Shown one piece after another: positions 45,930 through 55,028 of a stretch of DNA of 64,000 nt. The DNA is taken from NCBI GenBank assembly GCA_902517505.1, contig CABYCL010000001.1:3038-67037 (forward strand), read 5' to 3'. Position 1 is the stretch's first letter. Every line of letters starts with the position of its first letter. The position numbers and the translations under genes were made by a program. The notes beneath the pieces are model-generated. The model saw only the letters and a program-made list of their open reading frames with translations. It was not told where the DNA came from and did not search any database. The DNA is from an uncultured SAR86 cluster bacterium. Its GTDB lineage: Bacteria; Pseudomonadota; Gammaproteobacteria; Magnimaribacterales; D2472.

Positions 45930-47246
45930 TTATTTAAATTTGTCTGGATAATCATCAACCAGATGAACAAAAGCCCTCAAACCTTCGTCTAATGCAGAGT
46001 CATCAACATAAAAATATGGCGAATGATTTCCAGCAACATCTGTTCTTTCACCAAAATTGGTTGAATCAAGCCCTACGCCTGGCTTATTTACGCCCAGCCA
46101 AAAATAAAACCCTGGAATTTCTTTTGAAAAATATGAAAAGTCTTCAGCTCCAGTGACTGGGATATTAGATTCAACAAACCTTCCAGGAGATGCTTTCATT
46201 AGAGATTCTTTCATTGCTTCAACTAGTTTTGGATCATTATATGTTTCAGGATAGAAACCTCCAACGTCAAACTCAACACTTATCTTAGTTCCTGTTCCTA
46301 ATGCAACTCCTTTTGCAACTTGCTCAATTTCAGAATAAATTTCTTTTCTTAATTCTGGATCAAATGTTCTTATAGTCCCCATAATTTCAGCATCTTCCGG
46401 GATGATATTATTTCTTGTACCTGCTTTAACCATCCCAACTGAAATAACAGCAGGATTATTTATTATATTTATTCGTCTGCTTACAATTGTATTTAAAGAT
46501 TGGATTAGTTCTGCTGTTGCCATAACTGGGTCTATCCCAGCCCATGGTGTTGAACCGTGAGTTTGCGTTCCTTTAATCTTGATTCTATATGCCGAGGCTG
46601 CAGCAAGTGCAGGTCCAGACTTGACTACCAAAACCCCATTTGGAATATTTGTCACATGCAAACCAAAAATAACTTCAGGTTGATATCGATCAAAAATTCC
46701 CTCTTCTAGCATCATTATAGCTCCGCCACCCTCATCCTCAGGCGGACCTTCTTCGGCTGGTTGAAAGATAAACATAACTTTACCTTTAAGCTGTGATTTA
46801 TTTTTAGCTAAATACTCAGCAACTCCCATTAATATGGCCACATGCGCATCATGCCCACACGCATGCATTACCCCAACATCATTGCCGAGATATGTTGTTC
46901 TAACTTTTGAAGCAAATGGAAGTCCTGTCTTTTCTTCAACTGGAAGCGCATCCATATCTGCTCTTAAAGCAATGGTTGGTCCGGGCAAATCACCTTCAAG
47001 CATTCCCACCAAACCTGTATAAGCAATTTTTGTTTCAACTTGCATCCCAAGTGATCTGAGATGTTCTTCAATTTTCTTTGAGGTTCTAAATTCTCTATTT
47101 CCTAACTCAGGATGTTCGTGAATATCGTGTCTCCACTCAATTACTTTCTCCATTAAAGAATCTAAATTATTGTTAAGATTTGAAGTTAAGTCAGCTTTAA
47201 GGTTAACTGATGAAAGTAAAAAAACATAAAATAATATTCTTTTCAT
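45930..47246 (-). CDS. M20 amidohydrolase (exported)
   Basis: HEHPEL, RADMDALP, MHACGHD, FQPAEEG, AEDFS, NHSP; signal peptide. Confidence 0.93.
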   Translation of the reverse strand: MKRILFYVFLLSSVNLKADLTSNLNNNLDSLMEKVIEWRHDIHEHPELGNREFRTSKKIEEHLRSLGMQVETKIAYTGLVGMLEGDLPGPTIALRADMDALPVEEKTGLPFASKVRTTYLGNDVGVMHACGHDAHVAILMGVAEYLAKNKSQLKGKVMFIFQPAEEGPPEDEGGGAIMMLEEGIFDRYQPEVIFGLHVTNIPNGVLVVKSGPALAAASAYRIKIKGTQTHGSTPWAGIDPVMATAELIQSLNTIVSRRINIINNPAVISVGMVKAGTRNNIIPEDAEIMGTIRTFDPELRKEIYSEIEQVAKGVALGTGTKISVEFDVGGFYPETYNDPKLVEAMKESLMKASPGRFVESNIPVTGAEDFSYFSKEIPGFYFWLGVNKPGVGLDSTNFGERTDVAGNHSPYFYVDDSALDEGLRAFVHLVDDYPDKFK

Positions 47247-47295
47247 ATTGAGATTATAAATATAAATCTATTTTTATAAAGGGTAGTTTGTATTG

Positions 47296-48165
47296 TTATG
47301 AATTACCCATAGCATCTAATATTTCAAGAAGTAGATTAATGATATCTAGGTATAAAATAAAAGCCATTTCAACCGCTGTGTTCCAATCATTTATTGCATA
47401 AAAGTCTGCCTGTATTTTTATGTAGTTAAAATCGTATATTAAAAATAAAGAAAATAGTATTGAGCCAAAAATTGCAACTATTCTGGTTGTATTTCTACTG
47501 AATTCCATAAAAAACCTTACAAAGTTAAATATTAATAATCCAAACAGCGAAAACATAAGCATTGCTCCAAAGAGCGGATCTTCAGAGAAAGAGTAAAAGT
47601 CACTGTATCCAATAAATCCTGTCAAAATAGTTACTACCAAGACAATTTTTAGAGCAGTAAATCCATCATTTTCGTCCATTTCAAGCATTATTAGTCCAAG
47701 AAGAGGACCAAATAAAATGCTTGTTGCAGAAAATATACTTAAAAGAATCCATGTATTAATACCGCTATTAAGAGTGACAAATGCCGCTGTAAGAAATAAA
47801 GTGATACACCATGTTATGAATAATGCAAAAATCCTACCATCTTCTTCTGGTGAGTGCCTATATCCATCCTTCATGAATGCTATTACTTCGTCTTGATCTT
47901 TTGCAGCTACAAATTCTGTCGTATCTTTATCTATAACCTTTGCCATCTTCTTGGGAAAAGTGTCTTTTTGTTTTAGATATGGAATTAAATCTAATTTTCT
48001 TTTCATATTTACAGAGCCTTTAAAAGACAGTCCCATAAACGTTGAATTTTTTTCATATGCCTCTCTAGCCATTCTCAAAGAAAAAAAGCATCCAGCTAGC
48101 ACAATAGCCAATTGTGATGAGAGAACTATGATGGTTTTAAACAATAAAGACGTTTCAATAAACAT
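47296..48165 (-). CDS. Bax inhibitor-1/YccA (TMBIM) family membrane protein with large loop insertion
   Basis: Seven TM segments, C-terminal LIYDF and LYLDIINL (di-aspartyl pair). Confidence 0.85.
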   Translation of the reverse strand: MFIETSLLFKTIIVLSSQLAIVLAGCFFSLRMAREAYEKNSTFMGLSFKGSVNMKRKLDLIPYLKQKDTFPKKMAKVIDKDTTEFVAAKDQDEVIAFMKDGYRHSPEEDGRIFALFITWCITLFLTAAFVTLNSGINTWILLSIFSATSILFGPLLGLIMLEMDENDGFTALKIVLVVTILTGFIGYSDFYSFSEDPLFGAMLMFSLFGLLIFNFVRFFMEFSRNTTRIVAIFGSILFSLFLIYDFNYIKIQADFYAINDWNTAVEMAFILYLDIINLLLEILDAMGNS

Positions 48166-48217
48166 TGAATTAACCTTAGCATAGTGATTTAAATTATGTT
48201 CATTTTTTACATATAGA

Positions 48218-48730
48218 TTATGAATAATCTTTCATAAAATATGCAACCGAATGGTCAGCAAATGAATGTTCACCAACTTTATAAAACCCAAAATTCTCAT
48301 GAAAATAGATTGAAGCTTGATTTAAAGGAACAGTATTCACTTCACAGCATAAAGGAATTTTCTTATCTTCAGCTATAACACTTATTAGACTATATAAGTT
48401 TCTTCCAATTCCTTTTCTTCTAAACTCTTCTTTTACTGCAATTCGATCTATGTATAAAAATTTAGATTGATTTTTAGAAAAAAAATTATAATTTTTTGAG
48501 TTATATTCTGACCCCTCTCTAAAGCAAATCATAAATCCAATAATATTGCCGTCACAAGAAATATAAAAATTATTTGAGCTGAGTTTAATTAATTGCTTAA
48601 GGTACTCAACAGAAGAAAGGCTTCCAACCTCAGGAGTATGTTCTTGATTAAACTTATATATTTCATTAAAAAAACTATTGGGTATTTGGGATGGAAACTC
48701 TGAAACCTTAAATTTAGAATTTAAGCTCAT
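48218..48730 (-). CDS. GNAT family N-acetyltransferase
   Basis: YIDRIAV, RRKGIG, CEVN..P.N..S..FH..FGF. Confidence 0.9.
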   Translation of the reverse strand: MSLNSKFKVSEFPSQIPNSFFNEIYKFNQEHTPEVGSLSSVEYLKQLIKLSSNNFYISCDGNIIGFMICFREGSEYNSKNYNFFSKNQSKFLYIDRIAVKEEFRRKGIGRNLYSLISVIAEDKKIPLCCEVNTVPLNQASIYFHENFGFYKVGEHSFADHSVAYFMKDYS

Positions 48731-48742
48731 CTATTTCTGTTT

Positions 48743-49435
48743 CTATGAATTGGAATGCAAATCAACTATGGCTTGATTAATCTTCTTTAGAGGTTCGGCA
48801 ATAAATAATTCTTTTGTCATAGTATAACTAGGGTGTCCCATTGTGGCCAAGTCTTTGGCTTTTTCATTTACAGTTTTTGCTAGGTCATCAGGTGAAACAA
48901 TTTCATCAAGAAGCCCGGCCTCTAAGGCTTTATCAATACTATACATTTCAGCACCAAGAATAGCTCTATACTTATGAGATTGGGCCACTCTAAATTTAAT
49001 CAATTCTAATATAGGATCTGGAATTACCATATTGGTTCTCATCTCATTGGCTCCAATCATAAAATCACCCTTAACGCCTACCCTATAATCACAACAGCAC
49101 AATAAAAAAGTTCCCAAAGCAATTCCATGTCCTGAGCACGCAGCAATTACAGGCCTTGGAAATGAAAAAATTCTTGCTAGCAATTTAAAAGCAGCCGTGG
49201 ACATTTCTATGATTTTATCTGCATCACCGCTTTGAATAGTTTTTAAGTCCAATCCAGCTGAAAACATTCCTTCTTTGCCAGTAATTATTAAGCAGCCTTC
49301 CTCTGTCGCCACTTCATCTAAGCATTGATTAATATCTTGCGACATCTTTGAAGAAAAAACGTTTGCTTTTCCGTCATCAAGTGTAATTGTTGATATATTT
49401 CCGTCTTTATTAAGGGTTGCTAATTTTTCTGCCAT
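48743..49435 (-). CDS. Crotonase/enoyl-CoA hydratase family protein
   Basis: LDDGKAN, FSAGLDL, ACSGH.IALG, G.NE. Confidence 0.9.
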   Translation of the reverse strand: MAEKLATLNKDGNISTITLDDGKANVFSSKMSQDINQCLDEVATEEGCLIITGKEGMFSAGLDLKTIQSGDADKIIEMSTAAFKLLARIFSFPRPVIAACSGHGIALGTFLLCCCDYRVGVKGDFMIGANEMRTNMVIPDPILELIKFRVAQSHKYRAILGAEMYSIDKALEAGLLDEIVSPDDLAKTVNEKAKDLATMGHPSYTMTKELFIAEPLKKINQAIVDLHSNS

Positions 49436-49467
49436 AATATATTAATAATTTAAAAAGAAATTCTAAC

Positions 49468-51294
49468 ATGATTAAAAAAATTCTTAAGCACACTCAAAGA
49501 TTAGTATTAATTGCTTTAGGCATAGCATCTTTATATTTAATAAATTTATTTTTTATGAAGCCTTTCTCAATTGATCATTATTTAGGCAAAGAGCTGGTAT
49601 TCGATTTAACCGGGTCTCCAGAAGAGCTTACATATTTTGGGGTTTTAGACAGCTTTAATTGGTTAACTAGGCACAATTCTAAGTTGTCCATTCCACAAGA
49701 TGATGATATTGAGAATGAGATTAAACATATAGAAAAAGTTATCAAAACTCTATATAAATTCGATGATTCAAGACTATCAGATATACAAAAAAATACTAAA
49801 AAAATAGCAATATTTGATTATGAAAACCAATTAAAGGAACTCCAATATTTCCCTTATTTGGATTATCCCCTGAATCAAATTGGTGGCATTCATCTAAATT
49901 TGATTGAATTTATGAATAGCGTTCATCCAATAAGATCAAAGTCTGAAGCTAATGACTTTATAAAACGAACAGATTTAGTAAAAGAGGTTTATCAAGGAAC
50001 CTTAAATCATTTAGAAGATCAAGCTGAAAATGGAATCTACCCACCAGAATTTGTTTATGGTCACGTAATAAGTCAACTGGATGAATTTATAAACGTTTCA
50101 ATTAGTGAGCATCCTTTATACAAACAATTTATGTTAAAAATTGAGGAATTAAACTTAAGCAATGATGAGTTTGATTATCTAGAAGCAGAAATAAAAAGAT
50201 CAATAAATGATAGTGTCACTCCAGGATTTAAGCTTCTTAGAAATTTTATGGCAAGCACTCAAAAAAATGCTAATAAGAATCATGGGATATGGTCTCAACC
50301 AGGTGGAGAAGAATACTATAAATTAAAAATTAGAACCTTTACTACTTCAGATTACTCACCAGAAGAAATACATCAAATGGGTTTAAATGAAGTAGAAAGA
50401 ATTTCTTCAAGAATGAGAGAGATTCTTACTTCACTTGGTTATGACGAAAATAAAAGTGTTGGTGAATTAATGAATGAATTAAATGAGAATTCAGATTTTC
50501 TTTATGCAGATACTCCAAATAGAAAAGAAATTGTGGTTAATGATTATATGGAGATGGTTAATGAAGCTATAAGAGTTATGGCTAACTATTTTCATACGAT
50601 GCCAAAATCTGAAGTCATAGTTAAGGCTGTACCAGAATATTCGGAACAAAATGCAGCTGGAGGATATTATCAATCTCCTGCTCTTGATGGAAGTAGGCCT
50701 GGAGTATTTTATGCAAATTTATATGATATAAAACAAACTCCAACTTATAGCATGAGAACATTGGCATATCATGAGGCTACACCAGGCCATCATCATCAAA
50801 TAGCTCATTCATTAGAAAACGAAGAATTAACCTTATACAGAAGATTTGGTTATTTCACATCGGCCTTTGCAGAAGGATGGGCCTTATATTCTGAAATACT
50901 TGCTCTCGAAGTTGGCTTAGCAGAAAATCCATATGATGAGCTTGGAATTTTACAGAGCGAATTATTTCGTGCTAACAGATTGGTTGTTGACACGGGTATG
51001 CACTATAAAAGATGGACTAGAGAAGAAGCAATGGACTATATGAAGTCTGTTACTGGCATGTCTGATACTGAAGTAAGGGTTGAAATTGAAAGATATATTG
51101 TTTGGCCTGGACAAGCTCTTAGTTACAAGGTTGGAATGATAAAAATTCTTGCGCTTAGAGAAAGAGCAATGAAGGAACTAGGGGATAAATTTAATATTAA
51201 AGACTTCCATTCTGCAGTATTAGATCATGGAAATCCTCCTCTATTTATCGTTGAAGAAATGGTAGATAAAATGATAAAGGAAAATCTTAATTAA
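49468..51294 (+). CDS. DUF885 family putative metallopeptidase
   Basis: HEATPGHHHQ, AFAEGWALYSE, VVDTG.H, EIERY...PGQA.SYK.G. Confidence 0.93.
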   Translation: MIKKILKHTQRLVLIALGIASLYLINLFFMKPFSIDHYLGKELVFDLTGSPEELTYFGVLDSFNWLTRHNSKLSIPQDDDIENEIKHIEKVIKTLYKFDDSRLSDIQKNTKKIAIFDYENQLKELQYFPYLDYPLNQIGGIHLNLIEFMNSVHPIRSKSEANDFIKRTDLVKEVYQGTLNHLEDQAENGIYPPEFVYGHVISQLDEFINVSISEHPLYKQFMLKIEELNLSNDEFDYLEAEIKRSINDSVTPGFKLLRNFMASTQKNANKNHGIWSQPGGEEYYKLKIRTFTTSDYSPEEIHQMGLNEVERISSRMREILTSLGYDENKSVGELMNELNENSDFLYADTPNRKEIVVNDYMEMVNEAIRVMANYFHTMPKSEVIVKAVPEYSEQNAAGGYYQSPALDGSRPGVFYANLYDIKQTPTYSMRTLAYHEATPGHHHQIAHSLENEELTLYRRFGYFTSAFAEGWALYSEILALEVGLAENPYDELGILQSELFRANRLVVDTGMHYKRWTREEAMDYMKSVTGMSDTEVRVEIERYIVWPGQALSYKVGMIKILALRERAMKELGDKFNIKDFHSAVLDHGNPPLFIVEEMVDKMIKENLN

Positions 51295-51893
51295 TATTTA
51301 TCAGGGTGTTTGGGAGTGAAAACACTATAGTAATCTTTTAGATACCTAATATCTTTCTCGTTATTGCCTGAAGGAGCAAAAGCCTTACCAAGGAGTATCT
51401 CTTTTTTAGCAAAATCTAAAGAAGCTAGAATAATTTTAGAATTTAATTCTTTCGAAATTCGTAAAAACCCTGTCTTCCATTCTTTAACCTTTGATCTAGT
51501 TCCTTCTGGTGACATCGCAATTAGGGATCCATCGATTTCTTTTATCTGATTTATAGCATCTTGAATAATGCCTCCTGGCTTTGATCTATCAACAGGAATG
51601 CCTCCCATGTAACGCAGAAAAGCACCTAGGCCATATTTAAAAACGGTGTGTTTTCCAATGAAAGTAATCTTTGCATCTAATCCAGCTACAGTAGCAACTC
51701 CAAGAATTCCATCCCAATTAGAAGTATGTGGTGCGACAATAACAACAAGTTTTTGTCCACTTAATTCCTCAGATATTTTCCCACACACTTTCCAGCCAAA
51801 AAATGAAAGCACAGTCCTACCAAGCCATTGAAGAGCTTTTGGTCTATGTGCTCGAAAACTTAGAGGAATCTGTTTGTTTGATACGCTCTTCAT
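51291..51893 (-). CDS. Lysophospholipid/1-acyl-G3P acyltransferase family protein
   Basis: APHTSNWD (HxxxxD), GGIPVDR, PEGTRS, WKTGF. Confidence 0.92.
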   Translation of the reverse strand: MKSVSNKQIPLSFRAHRPKALQWLGRTVLSFFGWKVCGKISEELSGQKLVVIVAPHTSNWDGILGVATVAGLDAKITFIGKHTVFKYGLGAFLRYMGGIPVDRSKPGGIIQDAINQIKEIDGSLIAMSPEGTRSKVKEWKTGFLRISKELNSKIILASLDFAKKEILLGKAFAPSGNNEKDIRYLKDYYSVFTPKHPDKY

Positions 51894-51895
51894 GA

Positions 51896-52591
51896 CTACA
51901 AATTATTTTTACTCAACTTATCCTTTATAAAGTAAGGCAAATATATTGAATAACAGACTATGACTGCAAGTATGTATATGTCTATCATATGGAAAGGTGC
52001 CTCTCTCATAAACCCTGTAACATTAAGTCCAGGTGGTTTTTCAATCACATACCAGTAGTTTGCTGGAGCGCCAAGCAAATAATTTACTGGATACATTAAA
52101 AATAATAATATTGATAAAACAAATAATACTCTATGAACATCCTTTAATTCAGGTCTTAGATTATCAATAATCATCGCATAAGTAACACCAAGCAATATCA
52201 TCGAATGCCCAATCATATGTCGAACATAATCAATATGTGGAAAATTATATAGGACATCTGGAGTTAATATCGCCATTCCTGCTCCTGAAATACCAGCAAA
52301 AAAGGCAAACAAAAAGAATTCTCTCCTTTGAGTTAATAGGTAAATAATAATTGAGGCAGAAGAGAAATCACAAAGATGCAATGGCAAACCTAATTTCCAC
52401 TCTTGCATATAGCCCTCTCTATATAAATCCATTCCCTGATTAACTAATATGAGAGATATAATTATAAATATAAGAATCTTTTTTGAAGAGCTTGTTTTGT
52501 CAACAAAGACCCTTGGTAAATAAATTATGATCGCAATACACAATATTGCAAAAAATATATGGGATGGACTTAAGATATTAAAATCAGTCAT
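51896..52591 (-). CDS. TMEM164/YwaF family integral membrane protein (putative acyltransferase)
   Basis: LPLHLCD, A.LTPD, conserved His, N...GAPANY; six TM segments. Confidence 0.85.
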   Translation of the reverse strand: MTDFNILSPSHIFFAILCIAIIIYLPRVFVDKTSSSKKILIFIIISLILVNQGMDLYREGYMQEWKLGLPLHLCDFSSASIIIYLLTQRREFFLFAFFAGISGAGMAILTPDVLYNFPHIDYVRHMIGHSMILLGVTYAMIIDNLRPELKDVHRVLFVLSILLFLMYPVNYLLGAPANYWYVIEKPPGLNVTGFMREAPFHMIDIYILAVIVCYSIYLPYFIKDKLSKNNL

Positions 52592-52601
52592 TTTTTACAA
52601 T

Positions 52602-53609
52602 CTATGAATAAACTTTTCCAAAGTCATTATCAAGAAAATTATCCCAAGATAAAGATTCTTGCTTTGTAAAACCTTTGCTATGTATTTTTCCATCTAAGTA
52701 CATTTTTAAAACACTGCAAACACCAGATGCCGTGGTTATTTGTATAGCACTAAATTTTTCATCTCCATAGATTTTTCTTAAATATGTTTTCTCTTGAAGA
52801 ACTCCATCAATAAATCCAATAACTTTTACAAAAAATATTATTACGTCATTCTTTGTCCTTGGAACTTCTTTATCAAATAATTTTTCAAGGACATCTTTAT
52901 TCTTTTTAAGGTGTAAATCATTAAATAAAAACTTCATGTGATTTAAATGCCCTGGGTATCTTATAGTCTTGTAAGAAAGATTCTGAACCTCATTTTCATA
53001 AGTCTCACACATTGTTGCGCATCCTCCACTGGTATTAAAAGCTTCAAAGCTTTCTCCTTCGATAACGATTTTCTCCGCTCCTTCTAATGGCATTAATTTA
53101 ATAGACTTTCCTTCATAAATTGCATCTGCCTCATTACAATATTCATTTATTAAACCATTTGTTGACCAACTTAAATAATAACTCATCTCATTTGTTGTGA
53201 ATCTTGGTAATGCCCCAACTCTCATTAATACCTCATTTACACTATCAAATTGTTCCATCATGCCTGCTGCACAAATATTGATAGCACCTGGTGCAAGTCC
53301 ACATTGTGGCATTAAAATATTTTCTGACTTGAGCGACCTTATGAACTCAGTTGTTTCAACATCTTCTGTTAAATCAAAATATCCTATGCCCTCTTCGGCG
53401 GACACGCTAGCAATGTTTTTATTTACCGCGAATGGGCCAGCTGATATTACTGCATCAGCCCCTTTAAGAAAATCATTAACTTGAGAAATGTCATTTGCAT
53501 CAAATCCGTCCTCTATATCACCTTGTCTAATATCATAATCATCTTTTAAAAGTTGTTTTAAAGCCCAGCCAATATTCCCGCTTCCAACGATTGCTATCTT
53601 AGCTTTCAT
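52602..53609 (-). CDS. Saccharopine dehydrogenase family, probable L-lysine 6-dehydrogenase
   Basis: GSGNIG, YFDLTED, PQCGLAPG, WSTNGLINEY, EAFNTSGG, YKTIRYPGH. Confidence 0.88.
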   Translation of the reverse strand: MKAKIAIVGSGNIGWALKQLLKDDYDIRQGDIEDGFDANDISQVNDFLKGADAVISAGPFAVNKNIASVSAEEGIGYFDLTEDVETTEFIRSLKSENILMPQCGLAPGAINICAAGMMEQFDSVNEVLMRVGALPRFTTNEMSYYLSWSTNGLINEYCNEADAIYEGKSIKLMPLEGAEKIVIEGESFEAFNTSGGCATMCETYENEVQNLSYKTIRYPGHLNHMKFLFNDLHLKKNKDVLEKLFDKEVPRTKNDVIIFFVKVIGFIDGVLQEKTYLRKIYGDEKFSAIQITTASGVCSVLKMYLDGKIHSKGFTKQESLSWDNFLDNDFGKVYS

Positions 53610-54972
53610 CAAATTCTACTCCTTGTGCCAGAGGCAGCTCTTCACCATAGTTAACTGTCGCTGTTACTCTTCTCATATAATTCTTCCAAGCATCTGAACC
53701 AGATTCTCTTCCGCCACCAGTATCCTTCTCTCCTCCAAAAGCACCACCAATTTCAGCCCCACTTGTACCAATATTTACATTTGCAATGCCGCAATCACTT
53801 CCAGACTCACTTAAGAATAATTCAGATTCTCTAATATCATTTGTAAATATAGAACTGCTTAATCCCTGTTTCACATTATTTTGCATATGAATGGCATCTT
53901 TTATATCTTCGTAACTCTTTACATATAAAATTGGTGCAAAAGTTTCAGAAAGCATTTCTTCTTCTATTTCTTTAACTAATACCAGTGCAGGTTTAACATA
54001 GTATTCATTTGGATCTTCAATTTCTATTCTATCGCCACCAATAACTGATACATTTTTATTTTTTAATGAATTGAGAGTTTTTTGCATTGTTTTAAAGCTA
54101 TCTTCTGAAATTAGGGGTCCTATCTGAGAAGAATCTTTTGAAGGACAACCTATATTTAATTCATCAAAACATTGCTTAAGTCTACTAACACAATCATCAT
54201 AAATATCTTTATGAACAAATAGCCTTCTTAATGATGTACACCTTTGGCCTGTTGTTCCACATGCAGAAAATGCAATTCCTTTAATCGTTAAATCAAGATC
54301 TGCGGAAGGGCATACAATAGCAGCATTATTACCGCCCAACTCTAGCAAAAGTTTGCCAAGTCTTGCTGAAACAATCGGAGCTAACTCCTTTCCCATTTGT
54401 GTGCTTCCAGTAGCAGAAATTAAGTTAATTCTTGCATCCTTGCATATAGAAACTGCTTCTTCATTTCCTCCCTCTAATATCTGAATTAAATCAGAAAATT
54501 CTCCACTCACTTTATCCCATGCTTCTTTAATGCCTTTTGCGCATTCATTTGAATGAGGGCTTGGTTTCCATATAATACTATTTCCACATACTGCAGCTAA
54601 GCAAAAATTCCAAGCAAATACTGCCATTGGGAAATTAAAAGCAGTAATACATCCAACCACACCCAAAGGATGCCATAGTTCCTGTAATCTATGATTTGGT
54701 CTTTCACTTGGCATTGTCAAACCATATAGCTGTCTGCTTAGGCCAACTGCAAAATCACACATATCAATAGCTTCTTGCACTTCACCAAGTGATTCTGTTT
54801 TTATTTTCCTAGCTTCTTTGGTGATAGTTTCTGCTAATTCTTTTTTCTTTTGTCTTAGTTCTTCTCCAAATAACCTAATATATTCACCTCTTTGAGGGGC
54901 TGGAACTTGTTTCCATTTATTTGAAATATCTTGTGAATCTTTGATTATCTCATCGAAGTTTTTCTTGGTCAT
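53599..54972 (-). CDS. Aldehyde dehydrogenase family 7 (alpha-aminoadipate semialdehyde / P6C dehydrogenase)
   Basis: VPAPQRGE, DFAVGLSRQL, ITAFNFP, LELGGNNA, GQRCT, GAEIGGAFGGEK, LPLAQG. Confidence 0.93.
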   Translation of the reverse strand: MTKKNFDEIIKDSQDISNKWKQVPAPQRGEYIRLFGEELRQKKKELAETITKEARKIKTESLGEVQEAIDMCDFAVGLSRQLYGLTMPSERPNHRLQELWHPLGVVGCITAFNFPMAVFAWNFCLAAVCGNSIIWKPSPHSNECAKGIKEAWDKVSGEFSDLIQILEGGNEEAVSICKDARINLISATGSTQMGKELAPIVSARLGKLLLELGGNNAAIVCPSADLDLTIKGIAFSACGTTGQRCTSLRRLFVHKDIYDDCVSRLKQCFDELNIGCPSKDSSQIGPLISEDSFKTMQKTLNSLKNKNVSVIGGDRIEIEDPNEYYVKPALVLVKEIEEEMLSETFAPILYVKSYEDIKDAIHMQNNVKQGLSSSIFTNDIRESELFLSESGSDCGIANVNIGTSGAEIGGAFGGEKDTGGGRESGSDAWKNYMRRVTATVNYGEELPLAQGVEFDES

Positions 54973-55006
54973 CGAAATTCATGGCAATTTTGATTTGCTT
55001 CCCCCC

Positions 55007-55024
55007 AGTAAAATATATTTTACT
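55007..55024. promoter_or_regulatory. 18-bp perfect palindrome AGTAAAATATATTTTACT (candidate operator / -10 region of ALDH-lysDH)
   Basis: Intergenic and perfectly symmetric; contains TAAAAT on both strands. Confidence 0.55.
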
Positions 55025-55028
55025 ATAG

